Of a DNA stretch of 64,000 nt, positions 13,001 to 25,000 are shown piece after piece. Below the pieces are notes generated by a model. It ran no database searches, was not told where the DNA came from, and was given only the letters and a program-made list of their open reading frames with translations. Both the position numbers and the translations under genes were made by a program. Each line of letters begins with the position of its first letter. Position 1 is the stretch's first letter. Source of the DNA: Moniliella sp. 'wahieum' (Eukaryota); the NCBI GenBank assembly GCA_003971905.1, contig RSEE01000004.1, positions 1,240,001 to 1,304,000 on the forward strand. The letters run 5' to 3'.

Positions 13001-14355
13001 TGGACCGGGCTGGCTTGGAACGCTTGCTGAGGGTGCGGCGAGAGGCGGTAGTCTGGGTCACATAATGCAAACTGGAACGGGTGTGTGAGCACAATCCTTT
13101 AGTGGGGTCTCTCTCTCTCACTTTCAAGAATCAGGACATACGTGCACTCGATCCGGCGGACGGAACAGAGGGAACACTTGGCGTCCCCTGGCGTGCGGCA
13201 GCAGCGCACCTTGCGCTGACGACACGCATCGCACGCCGAGTTTTGCTTGCGTCCCGTCTGGCTCGGAACGGTCGAGTCGGGAACGGCGCTGCCCACGCGT
13301 CCGGTCGGGGGAGCAGGAGGCGGGGGCGGGGCACCGTAGGCTGGGCGCAGGCCCGAGGGAGGCGGAAGGTTGTACTCGCCTGCAACTGCTGCAGGAGAGG
13401 CGGCACGCGGCATGGGAGGGTAAGGCTCGGGATAGGGGACATAGTCGTGCTCGTATGAATCCCTGCCGTGCTCGTATGAATCCCTGCCGTGCTCGTATGA
13501 ATCTCTGCCGTGCTCGTATGAATCCCGGCCGCGATCATATGCCTCTCTGCTGTGCTCGTATGAATCCCGACCGCGATCATATGCCTCTCTGCTGTGCTCG
13601 TGACGGACAAGGGGCGGCGGCGCAGAGGGGCAGGGGGTAGTCATACTCGTACCCTTCGTACCGGTCGGGCGGCGGACGGTCGTCATACACCTCGTTGACG
13701 GAGCGCTTGCGAAGGTAGGCAGGGGGCCCAGAAGCATGGTTGGGCGGCGGGGGCCGTGGGGGGGGATAATAGGCGCGGTCGGGGCCGTCCCAGGGCGGAG
13801 GAGGGTAGCCGTAGCCATCGCGGCGACGGTCGTCCCAGGAGGGCGGGGGGAGGGAGCGGCAGAAGGGGGTAGGACAGGATAGTACTGCTGGAGCGGCTGG
13901 GGCTGGGGCTGGGACTGGGACTGGCGGGGTGCGGTGGCGGCGGCGGCGGAGGCTCGGAGTGGGAGGCGGCGGAGGAGGCGATGGCCATTGGCACGCCGGA
14001 GGCCGAGGCGAGAGGAGCTGCGCGAGCTGGCTCGGGGCCAGCGGGCGGAGGGCCGTCGGTGGGGTAGGAGGGGCGGTACGGATACGGAAGGCCCCACCTC
14101 TGGGGGAGGGGGCGGGCGGGAGGCGGGGTCGGGGTGGGGGGGATAGGCGGGGTGGTCCCAGCTGCGGTGGGGCGGGGGCCGGCGGGGTAGGGGGGCGGGC
14201 GGGGGCCGCTGGCGCTGACGCTGGCGCTGGGCAGCGGGAGGATCGGACCATGGCGGGGAGGGGACTAGACGCGCATGCGGTGGTGGTGGCGGTGGCGTGG
14301 TGGCGGTGGCGGCGGTGGCGGTGGCGGTGGCGGTGGCGGGGAGGGAAGGGAGCAT
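10015..14355 (-). CDS. Zn(II)2Cys6 fungal transcription factor with fungal-specific TF (middle homology) region and acidic repeat tail
   Basis: Binuclear cluster CDACRQRKVRCCRTPGDAKCSLCSVRRIEC (about 13143-13232), followed by a GTATGT intron (about 13072-13141); AAIDSFFTNVHPHWPLFSR...LMAIVLLWGARFSD (ORF 12192..13127); Pro-rich N-terminus from ATG 14355; Glu-rich C-terminus. The 3' end is approximate. Confidence 0.88.
10465..10850. repeat. Coding repeats: 15-bp (EEDEM/EEDEV)n and 12-bp (EPEQ/EHEP)n
   Basis: ORFs 10331..10546 and 10647..10877 on the - strand; probably the acidic tail of the Zn2Cys6 protein. Confidence 0.85.
13447..13600. repeat. 21-bp coding tandem repeat (HGRDSYE)n with a 42-bp higher-order variant
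   Basis: GTGCTCGTATGAATCCCTGCC repeated; protein HEHSREAYDRGRDSYEHSREAYDRGRDSYEHGRDSYEHGRDSYEHGRDSYEH. Confidence 0.92.
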
Positions 14356-14533
14356 GGCGCCCACCGCATCCACGCGCCGCCGCCCGTCGCAGCGCTGGGG
14401 ACTGGGAGCAGTGCAGGCCTCGGCAGCAAGGGTGCGCCTGGAGACAAGCCGCACAGGCGGGGCACCGCGCTGCTCTTGGGGTGTCCCATGTCCTAGTCAC
14501 TATCACTCCCACCCATCCCCGAGCGACGGCAGG

Positions 14534-14610
14534 ACGGCTCTGGGCGGCTCTGAACAGCTCTGAACGGCTCTGACGGCTCTGAACGGCTCTGAACGGCTCA
14601 CGACGGCTCC
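14534..14610. repeat. 10-bp tandem repeat CGGCTCTGAA, about 8 imperfect copies
   Basis: Read directly; lies about 180-255 bp upstream of the Zn2Cys6 ATG. Confidence 0.9.
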
Positions 14611-15830
14611 CTGCGCGCTGCCGCGCCTCCCGCGCCCCACCCCACTTGCGCTTCAGCAGCCCTGCGCCAAGCCCCATGAGGCACATGTCCCTTCCGGGCG
14701 TCAGCGTCGCTGGTCACTAGTCACTGGCTTCACTCGCTTGGCTGTGCTGCCCTCATCCTCACGCCAGTCACTGGCACTGGCTGGACGCCCGAAGCTAGAG
14801 TGTGATGCGACTGCGTCCGGCTGCGGCTGGGAGCAGCCAGGGTGTCGTTCTAGCCTGCGTGACACGCACATCCGATGGCGTCGGCGCGTCGAAGCAGCCG
14901 CCCAGGCTGGCACCCTTCGCCTTTCGCGTCACGTCTGAGTCTGAGATCGCAGCCGGAGAGCCGGCATCCCACTCTGAGATCTCATCGATCACCGCCATCC
15001 CACACGGCCAGCCAGCTTCCAGCTGGACGCTGGACCCCACCCAGCCCATCTGAACCCTCTGGACCCTTTGTCCCCTTCGGCTGCGACTCCCGCGGCCCTG
15101 CAACCTTGAACACACACTCAGGTACCGCGGGCCTACGTACAGTCACATGCATATCGAACACCGCGCAAGCTTCCAGCGCTCAGCCTCAACGGCACCGGTC
15201 CCGGACCCGCTCATCGCGCAGCTCGCACTCAACGTACTCATACTGAACCACCACTGAGTATACTGAACGTACTGCCCGCTGAACTTGGGGTCTCTCAGTC
15301 TGCAGGACTGAACACGTGTAATAACAGTGACCAGTGACGCTAGTGACGCTGACGATTGAATCACCACCAAAAGAAGCTTCAAGTGAAGCTTGAAGTCATC
15401 GTCATTGAATACATAGAACTGGTCACCAGCAGTTAGTTGGTACAGACACTTGATACTATGTCCTAGTTGGCGGTAACGGTTACCAAAGTACCCTGCCGCG
15501 AAGCGGGGAAACATTGCGCCGCCACACCGGCAGACCATTGTCGCCGTGCCACCCTTCCTCCCAGCCCTCAAGCCCCACGGTCTCACGCGTCACGCGCGCC
15601 CACGTGCTCACTTTCAACTCTGCTGAGGCTCAGCGCTCAGCTGAGCTTAGCTTCCACGCTGGGAGGCGCTGGGCCCTTCATCGATCTCATCGCAAGCCCC
15701 TTGGGAACGACCCCGAGCAAGCGCCACTGCGTGATTCCGGATGTATGATGCATGATGGGTGGCGAAGGATGGGCTTGCAGGCAAACCAGGGCAGAACGAT
15801 GACCGATGATCTCTACATTCTAATAGTTCT

Positions 15831-15888
15831 CTTCAAGCTTCAAGCTTCAAGCTTCAAGCTTCAAGCTTCAAGCTTCAAGCTTCAAGCT
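15831..15888. repeat. Perfect heptanucleotide array (CTTCAAG)x8
   Basis: Read directly; it forms tandem AAGCTT palindromes separated by one C. Confidence 0.97.
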
Positions 15889-17995
15889 CCACTCTCCCCC
15901 ATCGCACCTTGCTTCTTGGGGGTTTGGGCCTTGTAGGCCTTTTAGGGTTTTTAGGCCTTAGGCGCTAGGTGCTCGGCATTCCTCAGGCCCTACTCCTTAG
16001 GACGTAGACCCTATGGTGCTTGTACTTTCCCATTTTCCTCAGACAGCCACTATGTACAAGGCCGAATCCCATCGCTTCGATCGGCGATCAATCGATCACG
16101 GATCATCGATCAGGATTCGCCGAGCACCGGTCCACCCGAACATCGCTTGGCGTGTTGGGACACTAGTGCGGTATGCCAAAGGCATAGCCAGACTTGGCGC
16201 TCCCAGCCACTTCAATCCAGCGGCTACCTCCGCTAGTTCCGCTCGGGCGGAAGTGTGGCTGGCCGACTGGCCTCCTTCTAGAAGCCCCGGCAGTCGTAGC
16301 TCTTGGTCTTCTCTCTTCCACTCCCTCCTCCTCCTCCCTCTCCGCACTCTCTACTATCGCTCACCAGCAATCAATCCCTATCGTCTATTGACCCCAGTTC
16401 TTGATTGCTGTCTCGCTTGGCATCGGATCCGGTCACATCAGGCGCTGGGCGCTGGGCGCTCCTTGGCGTTGACTTGCCTTGGGCTCTCGGCTGGGTTTCT
16501 GCACCCAGGGGCCAGGCGGCTACGATCGAGGGGCGGGTATACGGCGCCTGCGGCCCCGCCTGGGGCCGCACGCCGGGCGGGAATTTGGACAGGGGCTCCG
16601 ATCGCTACCGGTCGCAGCCGCTCGCGCGGATCGGACGCGGGCAGCCTCAGGCAGCAGCAGGAAGCAGGGCACACCACTGTGGCAACTGGCCAGACAGCAG
16701 CGCACACGCGCCAGCGCCCAGCCTACGCTGGGTACGTAGGGGAGGTTGAGTACTCTAGCCCACGCCCCAAGGCACGTGCCAATACCAGCTCACATATGCA
16801 TACTCACTTCTCGGGATCTCCGATCTCTGATCTCGACGTTGAACGTTTCAAGTCGCCACCCCATTTCAAATCGATCTGCCGGCGCCAACGCAGCCCTCGG
16901 TCGGTCCCATCCATCGCAATTGAATATGATTGAAATTAATTGGGAATTGCAACGTGGCGCGATTCGGACATATATGGCGGACTGAGGCGTTGCAAGTATA
17001 CCCAGTGATGCTTCAAGCTTCAGGAGGCCCAGGATGCCTGATGCCTGAGGGAGACCAGTCGAGAGATCGCTAAGATTCTCCATAATATCGAAGGGGAGAG
17101 AGATAGAACAGCAAGATAGGCAAGGATACGGCCTGTGCGTGGGTGCATATCGTGTCCGAAAACTTGCACCGGGGGTCAACGTTCAACGTTCAACGTTCAA
17201 CCCGGTCAACCTCTCTCCGACCTCCAACGTCTACTCACCACGTAAAACGGTCGCAAACGGTGTCCACGATGAGTAATGGCGGGGTGGGTTGTGGGGAGGG
17301 GGGCTCCCACAGCGAGTGCCTTTCTGCATCGGTTCTTGTTGCTCTTGGAAATGTCTATGACGATGGTCAGTGTGCATTTGCTATTGCTCCCGATCCGTAT
17401 GCTACGCGCCCTCTCCTTCGATCTGTATTATACAATTGCACATCGTGCCATACCGTCTTCGGTCGGGATCACATGGTATGTGTTAGCCGAGCTGGAAAGG
17501 CAAGAGAGAATATCAACAATGCCCAACAAAAGGGGAAGAAAATGAGGCACAACGATCTAGGAGCTCGCAACTATTGTTGGTCCAAACGTGGACCGTTGAC
17601 CTCTACGTTTTGATAAACCTCAAGAAGGTTTCTTCAACGTGTACAGAACGTGGTGAATGACAAGTGAACACATGGAACGTACTTGGCAATGGCTGTGGCA
17701 GTGGCCGCATCGGGGTCTTGGGAACAGCCGCCGCAATTGCTTCAATGACGGTGGTCAGCATATAATATGTACACACCGATACCACCCCCGTCCCTCCCGA
17801 CCCCAAAGTCCCTTCCCCCTTCACTAATCAACTCCTCTCGCGTATATTTCACGATGGGATACCAAGAGGAGGCGAGGTCAAACGCACCCTGCACGCTGGC
17901 GCGGAAGAAAGAGTCACACCCAACACGGGAAAACCTGGCGGCCTAACAGGCACAGCCGGAGGACAAACGAAGAAAGAAAGAGAAGGAACCACCAA

Positions 17996-18775
17996 GGTCC
18001 CTTCCCGGGCCCCATTCAGTAAGGAAGGGCCACAAGAGTCCTGCAAGCGCCCCTTGAGGTTGACTCGTAGCACTTCCCAACCCTTCGAGTTTTCTTCGGC
18101 TAAGTTGCCAGCCCACAGATGGAGCTCTAGGCGTGTGGGGAAGGCCTCGAACCTGGGCGAGAGATGGTTACCTGCGTCACTCTCGTAACCACGGGAAAGA
18201 AAGCCGTTGGAGTGACAAGAATCGCTTAAACGATGCCTCCGACTGCTGCAACGGAGAGGCTGTCACGGGCGGGCGCCGCCAGGGGGCCCGCCCTGGGGGT
18301 TTTTGGGGTACAATCCCTTAGGCGACAGTAGGTCGACTCACGGTAGTTTCGGGCTTAGGCTGGTTGGTGTGTCCGAGCGGAGCTAGGGACGAGGAGAAGC
18401 CTTTGGTGGGGCGGCTGCACGTGTGGCAAGGCTGCGTCTGCACCGGCTTGGGCCGTAGTAACATGTCTGAAGCCTCCGGGACTAGGGACGGGAGGAGGCA
18501 GAGGGGGACAAACACTGCCTCAACTGAGACTGGGAATGGACGCGACCAAAGGAGGGCTCGCGCGACTGGACTGACGAAAGGCTAGAGGACGAGGTCGGAG
18601 ATGTCGGACGCTAACAAGAGTAGGCTGCCTGTACTGGATCGATTGGCTGGAAAACGGGCAGGGGTCGGACAGGATAGGCGGGAAGGGACGAGAGTGGGGA
18701 CGAGAGATGACAAGAGATGACGAGAATGGAAGGTGGGGGAAAAGATCCCCATCAACCAGGGGTACAGGCAGGATC
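17996..18775. ncRNA. Candidate structured non-coding RNA of unknown family
   Basis: Nine mutually compatible stems of 5-10 bp in about 780 nt with no credible ORF (see findings). No family motif recognised. Confidence 0.3.
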
Positions 18776-20334
18776 AAAGGGAAACGGATACAAGAGGGGG
18801 TGTAGAAAGGAAGACACGTCAAAAGCGGGGGTGGTCGCCGCAGGCGCGACCGAGAAAGGAAAAGGAAACGGGGACGGGGCGACAGACGTCGCCACGGCAC
18901 TGGAAGCTCGGTGGCCTTATTTAGGCCAGCCGACTTGGACTTGGGCGGGGGGCGACTATTGTCGCACGGAGCATGGCCCTTCGGGCCACGGTACTTAATT
19001 TAGCCAACCATCATCACACTTGGTTGGCCTGCGGTGCACGCTCTACTGGGCATGTGCGGAGCAGGCGGGCCTTAGCTTGGGTTGGACCATCTCATGTCCG
19101 CCGCAGCCCGTGACAGAGGCGGTGGAGTGGCTAACTGTTGTTTTATACGTCGGCACAGGCGGGATGCCCATTCGCAGGCTCTTGCACCCCCTCGTCTGGC
19201 TCCGCTCCCGGCTCGTCGGGTAATATGAATGGCTCAAAGACCACAACTGGTCGCGTCAGGGTCGATCAGCTCGGGTTGGCTCGAGGGAAGAGCAGAGGAG
19301 AGAGAGAGGAAGGCCGTGGGATGGTAGCATGGCATTGCCTAGGGATGCTCACCCATTGGGAGAACAGGCGTCCAAAGTGTGGGGGTCTTCAATCCGCCAA
19401 AAGGATGAAATACGAGATGGAGGTGGGATCCTGGGCAGCGTACTTGAGGGTCCATGTTACTGCAGATCTTGTGCGGGTACCAGGCTTTTGGGGGAGGCGG
19501 GAGACGATATCCAAGATATCTCATTGATGTGGCCTCAGAAATAAACGGGCCAGTGCAAAAAGAAGCAAGGGGATAAGACGAGGGTCGCCTAGTTGGCCAG
19601 CAGAGTATGAAACGCGCGACTGGTCGGGAGAGGAGGTGGGGATGGATGGGATGAAAAAGGGGATGGAAAAAACATGTGTTGCAGAGAGGGATGCGGTCAT
19701 GGCCGGGGAAAAGTGGCTTTGGTCGAAGGAGCCTGCGTTCCTATCATCCCCGGGCCGGGCAGATGTGAGGCATCCTGTGGAGTGAGGGCAAGGCTGGGAA
19801 GCAAATGCGAAGGGCGGAGTGACTGAAGAGGAGCAGAGGCGCGTAGTGGATGGGCAGGGATAGGTGATCACCAGCACTTCGTATAAACGCTGGATGCTTG
19901 AATCGACAGTCGCCACTGGTGCGGCTTATCTTATCTTATCCAGGAGCAAATGGCAATATTGCAACATGCCAGCATGTCACCCATGTCGTGCAGCATGCAT
20001 CATGCATCCGACATGATCGGTGATCATGCCGTCATTGATCATCGATCAGCGTGTTCACGCAAGGGGAGGCTAGGAAAACTAGGCCGTGCACGGGACGCTG
20101 AGCTCATGTGGCTGGGCCAGGGAAGGGCGTGGGGGCAGCGCCACACCAAACAAAAGCAAGCGAAGACACGACAAAACGGGCCTGTCTCGGAGGCTGGCGG
20201 AGGAGAAGCGTCTGCCCGATGGCTGTGCGCGCCTGGGTTGGCTGCGTTTTATAGCCCTCCCGCCGCCATGCCAGGCTCCTCCTCCCTCGCTCCCCCCTCC
20301 TCTCTGCTCCGCTCGTCTGCACCTGCTCCCCCCC

Positions 20335-21263
20335 ATGTCCGAGTCCCTGCCCCTCTCCCCCACCGCCACCGTCGTCCCGCGCCGCTGGAACCAGCGCGGC
20401 CATGCGGACCACGGCTGGCTCAAGTCCTTCCACACCTTTAGCTTTGCCGACTACTTTGACCCCCGCTTCATGGGCTTCAGCAACCTGCGTGTCATCAACG
20501 AAGATCGCATCGCACCCGGCACGGGCTTTCCCAACCACCCCCACGCCGGCGCTGAGATCGTAGGTCCGCTCTCCGTTCAGATGGGCCCTGTTTTGACCAT
20601 TCTTTCTTTCGCCCTTATCAAGTTCTCCATTGTTTTGGGCGGCGAGTTGACCCACAAGGATTCGATGGGCAACGTCGAGGTGCTGAAACAGGGCGATTTG
20701 CAATTTACCCACGCGGGGACCGCCCTGGCATCCGCCATTCCGAGTACAATGCCAACAAGACCGAAGAGTGCCATTTCCTCCAGAACTGGTACACGCCCGA
20801 CCAGACGGTCCGCCCAAATCCGACTGGACCGACCGACTGGTCACACTCATCAAGCCCTACTCTACTCTGACCAAGGAAGAGCAAGCGCGTACGGGGCTGC
20901 TGCCTGCCGGGGAAGCGATCCCAGCCCGCTCCTCCTCTCGTCACGCGTACCAGCACCCTCCACCCGGGCAAGACGGTGGCGCACCCGATCGGGCTGGACA
21001 CGGACGTTGCATCCAAGACTGGCAGAGCGGTGGCTCTATGTGCACGTTGCCTCCATGTCCGGGTACAAGGACCCTGATCTGGCCGCGTACCAGTACAAGA
21101 ACGAGGCCAGCTGGTGGTCAAGACGGCCAACGGTCCTGTCACACTTTCAGAGGGCGATGGCGCGTTCATCAAAAAGGCCCATGTGGGCGAGAAGATCGAG
21201 TTGGAGTCGACCGGTCAATCGCCCGCAGTGTTGGTCTTGTTTGGCCTGGCGGCTAAAGAGTAA
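20335..21263 (+). CDS. Pirin-like cupin (YhhW/quercetinase type)
   Basis: [50 protein letters not shown]...THKDSMGN...[10 protein letters not shown]...IRHSEYN (metal ligands H, H, H, E). Intron 20560-20621 (GTAGGT...AAG). Frameshifted in the 3' half. Confidence 0.94.
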
Positions 21264-22049
21264 GCACCCCCTTGATTAGGTTCTTGCTTCCGCTGACGCA
21301 TTTCCATTACAAGCCTGATGTGAGCTGTATAACTTGCATTGCTCCTTGCTCCCTTCCTTCCTTGGGTTCTATTCCATCCATGTGCACCATTCCCTTCGTT
21401 CGACTTGCCCGGCTCTGGATCTTCGTCTGCGCCTTTGCCTTTGCTTTGCCACTGGCGGCTTTTTATGGACTCTCCGCTATCACTTGTAACAGCAGTCTAG
21501 CTGGAATCGATAATCCCCGTCCCGACCCAAGCCTGATTCAACTCGTTCCTTCCTACTATTGGTGTACCTTGGAAACAGTATGCCAGGTATGCCAGTGTTC
21601 TGCCAACTTCCAACACGCCTTGCTTCGAATCATTAGGAACACGTATTGCGCCATCCCATCGCCCACTTTTTCTCATCATTAGTAGCTTCCATGGCACGGA
21701 ATTTCGTATTAGTGGCAGAATGCGTTGCCGGTCATGCATGGCGGGCCCACTTCACAAGTAAAGTCGCCCTTCCTCTGGTCCATCCTCGATCGCCTCTCTT
21801 CACATCCAGGACAGCGTTACCGTTTACCTGGGATGGACACGCGTTTGCCCAATACCACAGAAACCACGCCAGCCAATATCGTCCTGCGTACTACTGGTAA
21901 CGACCGAGGCAACTAGAACAATGTGTTGGTGCAGATATCAGAACAAAGTGGGGGGGCAGGAACAGAAAATAGAATGTGGGGTGGGGTTGGGGGGAGGGGG
22001 GGGTGCAGGCAAGTACGATTCATCAAGCATCGCACTAGACTGGTCTCGT

Positions 22050-25000
22050 TACCAGATCCCGACGAGCGGGGAACGGGGCGGCCGGTCTCTTTGGTCGGCT
22101 GAATCAACTCCCGTACCGGCCGCGGAGCATACAGATCCAGGTATCATCCACCCTTCCTTTGCACTTTCTAGCGGCGGCGTCTGCACCTTAATCGTCCTCC
22201 CGCCCGGCAAACGCAACGAGCGGCAGATGCGGGTGGAAGGTGACGCACCCGGGGCGGGGGGCGTACTTGATCATGTACCAGGAGCGAGCGGGTCGGTGGG
22301 CGCAGCGCTTCGACGGCCCGGCGTAGGTCTTGCGGCGACCGAGCCACGGTCGGGCCCGACGGCCGCGTCATGTACTGCAAAGCTGTGCCGAGCGGCTGGA
22401 ATGGGTCGAGCGTGGCGAGGGAGAGACGGGACAGACTGCCGTGCCGACCAACAGGGTTGGTCCGTGGCTTGCTCATCGCGGCCAAGAGCGGGATACGATC
22501 GTGGACGGCAAACCCGGCCACGGCGGCACGAAGCGCCGGTTGGACTGAATGTTGGCCCCCGCGAGTTGCCCGTAGGTCCCACAACCGAACCGACCATCTA
22601 CCGCACAACTCACCAGTTCCCGCCCGCCAAACGCTTGCATGTGCACCCCACGGATGTAACTGCGGTGTTCCTCCAGACCCGAACCATGGCGCTGCTGGGC
22701 GGATTGCGTCGGTCAAACGCTCGTACGGAGCCGTCATGCCCGCGACAAAGAACAGGTCCCCCACTTCCTTCTCACTTGATAATGCCATATACCGAGGTGT
22801 CCATCGACGTTGGCACGTCCTAGTACAATCGGTTAGGTCCCAATTACGAATGCGGCAGAGCAGCAGCAGCGGCGAGGCAAGGAGTAGCAACGTACACAAA
22901 CACACGTTCGCGATGAGCGTCCCAGACGCGGACGACGGGCGAGTCACCGGCAGCAAGCAGGTGACCGGTAGCTTGCACCCATTCCAGTTGCAGTCCTGCC
23001 GGGTGAACATTTTCGAGGGCATCGGGCAGTGCATGGAACGCTGCGAGGAGTTCGGTAGGACGGCGAGGAGAAGTGCGAATTTGCTCGTCGTCGGCAGGCA
23101 GCCAGCCGGTCGTAGTGCCGGAAAATGCGCACCGCTCCGTCGGAGGAGCCAGTGACCAACAAAGAGGCGTCCGTGCTCGTTGAGGAACGTAAGTGCCGTC
23201 ACATGGGTTCGTGCAGGATTGCCATGGCAACTCATTTAGCAGCTTGCCCCGACGCCAGTCCCAAATGCTCACCACATCTTCCCCGCTGGCCACGGCGAGG
23301 TGGTCCTCGAATGGTGAAAGGCCAGGTGGTGGGGGACCTGCTTGTTCTTCAAACTCTTCAACTCGCCTGTCCAGGCCGTCGTTGCTAATCTCACGTCAGC
23401 GCTCTCCATCCAATATAGAAAACAAAAACAGAGAACGGTCATTACCAGCCCCAGCGGCATCGCTCTTGCTCTGCTGGACAATGCGGTCGTTGCGGTGTTG
23501 TTTGTACGACTGTACGTTGGACGCCACCGATCCGGGCTCGCTCGGCTCCGGGTCCCGCATCTGCGGCATGGTGTACATCTCGGCTGCCCAGCCATACAGC
23601 CGACTCATCAGAGGCAGCGTGTCTGCAGCCATTGCTTCGCCCGTCACGTTCTCTGGTACAATCGGCTGCCCACGACCTCGGATGCGCACTAGGTCCCGGG
23701 CCAAAAGCTCGGCAAGCACCTGCACCACGTCCGCCTCGGGTGGGGTGCGAGTATCGCGGACAGCAAGGGGCGTAGCCGCGTACTCCACTCCTCCCCCGGG
23801 AGGCATGGGCTTGCGCAGCCGCATCGTCGGCTCCGACACGTCCGCCGAGTCGAGGCGTAATGCCGCCAGACGCTCTTCTGGCTGGGGACCGTCCAGGTCC
23901 GGAGAGGAAGGGCGGGAGAAGCCCAATCCCAACGCACGAGCCGCGTGACCAAACCCGCCTTTGGCCCACGCCCCAGGGGTGGAGGGCACAGTTTGGGAGC
24001 CGTGGTGGGGCGCATGCGAAAAGTAGTCCTGCGGCGGCGGCGGCGACGCCGGCGGGAAAAAGCGCGCCATCAAGGGAGGAGGGACGAGGCGGATAAGCAC
24101 ACTTCCTGAAGCGACCGCAGCGTCCGAGCTGAGTAAATGGGCAGTAATGTAATCGACTTGGGTCGAGGCCAGCGCCGCCACGTCCGGGAACGGGTCAACG
24201 CTCAGGTCCAACAGCGCATCCAAAATACTCCGAAACGCCGAAAGGTTGTCAATGTCCGTCTCCTCAAAGGGCGTGTGCTGGGCCAAGACACCCCACAGGC
24301 GATCGAGGAACCGGTCCAGCTCGTCCGTTTCGGGATCGATCACCTTTTCCTCCATCGCTTCCTCTTTGCCCACACACCAAATATAAAGGTACATGGCGAG
24401 CGCAAACCACCCCGCATATTCCCGCACCAAGGGAGACATGGCGATCAGCAATTCTCTCCGCACCAGAGGCGAAGGATCCGAGCGGCACGACAACATTGCC
24501 ACCACCAGCCCAATCTCCACATCACGCTGGATGGCATCGTGCAGACCCGTTGAGGCGCCTGTACCAAGAACAACAGGACGCACGGTACCTCCAGGAGTGT
24601 TAGGATCACTGGCTGCGGCGCGGGTCGCGAGGGAGTGGGTGGTGGGTGTGCTAGGGATATCGTCGGTCGGGGTACGTGCTCCAAGGAAGGTGCCCAATGC
24701 ATAGAGCAGCGCAGAGCGTACCTCAGGCGCTGGGTCGGACAACATGGAGACCAATTTACCATGTGCATCAAGATCCAGTGCCTTGGTCTTGCCCACCTCA
24801 GAACCGTCCCAGAGGCGGGCAAGACAGAGCGCAGACCATTGCCGCAGGAGAAGTCGTCGTCGTCCAAATGCTCGATGCACGAGTTCATCACATCCGTTGC
24901 TTGTAAGCACATGGATTGCCCGAGGGGATAGTCGTAGCAAAAGACAGAGAGTATAAAGGCGCACATGGCCCGGTGCTCCGACACGTGGGGGAAGTCGGGC

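Noticed and set aside
15831..15888. Repeat arrays as CRISPR or cloning-linker sequence
   Set aside because: No spacers or cas genes, eukaryotic context, and degenerate copies of the same word occur naturally elsewhere.
16013..16933. 306-aa ORF in the large intergenic region
   Set aside because: Arg/Ser/Ala-rich translation running through repeat patches, with no domain; typical of a chance ORF in GC-rich DNA.
18114..18130. ACAGATGGAGCTC resembling the RNase MRP/P CR-V motif
   Set aside because: No matching upstream CR-I (GAAAGTCYCC-like) to form helix P4.
20335..21263. Pirin as a recent bacterial transfer or contaminant
   Set aside because: It has a spliceosomal intron and host-like GC, and YhhW-type pirins are widespread in fungi.
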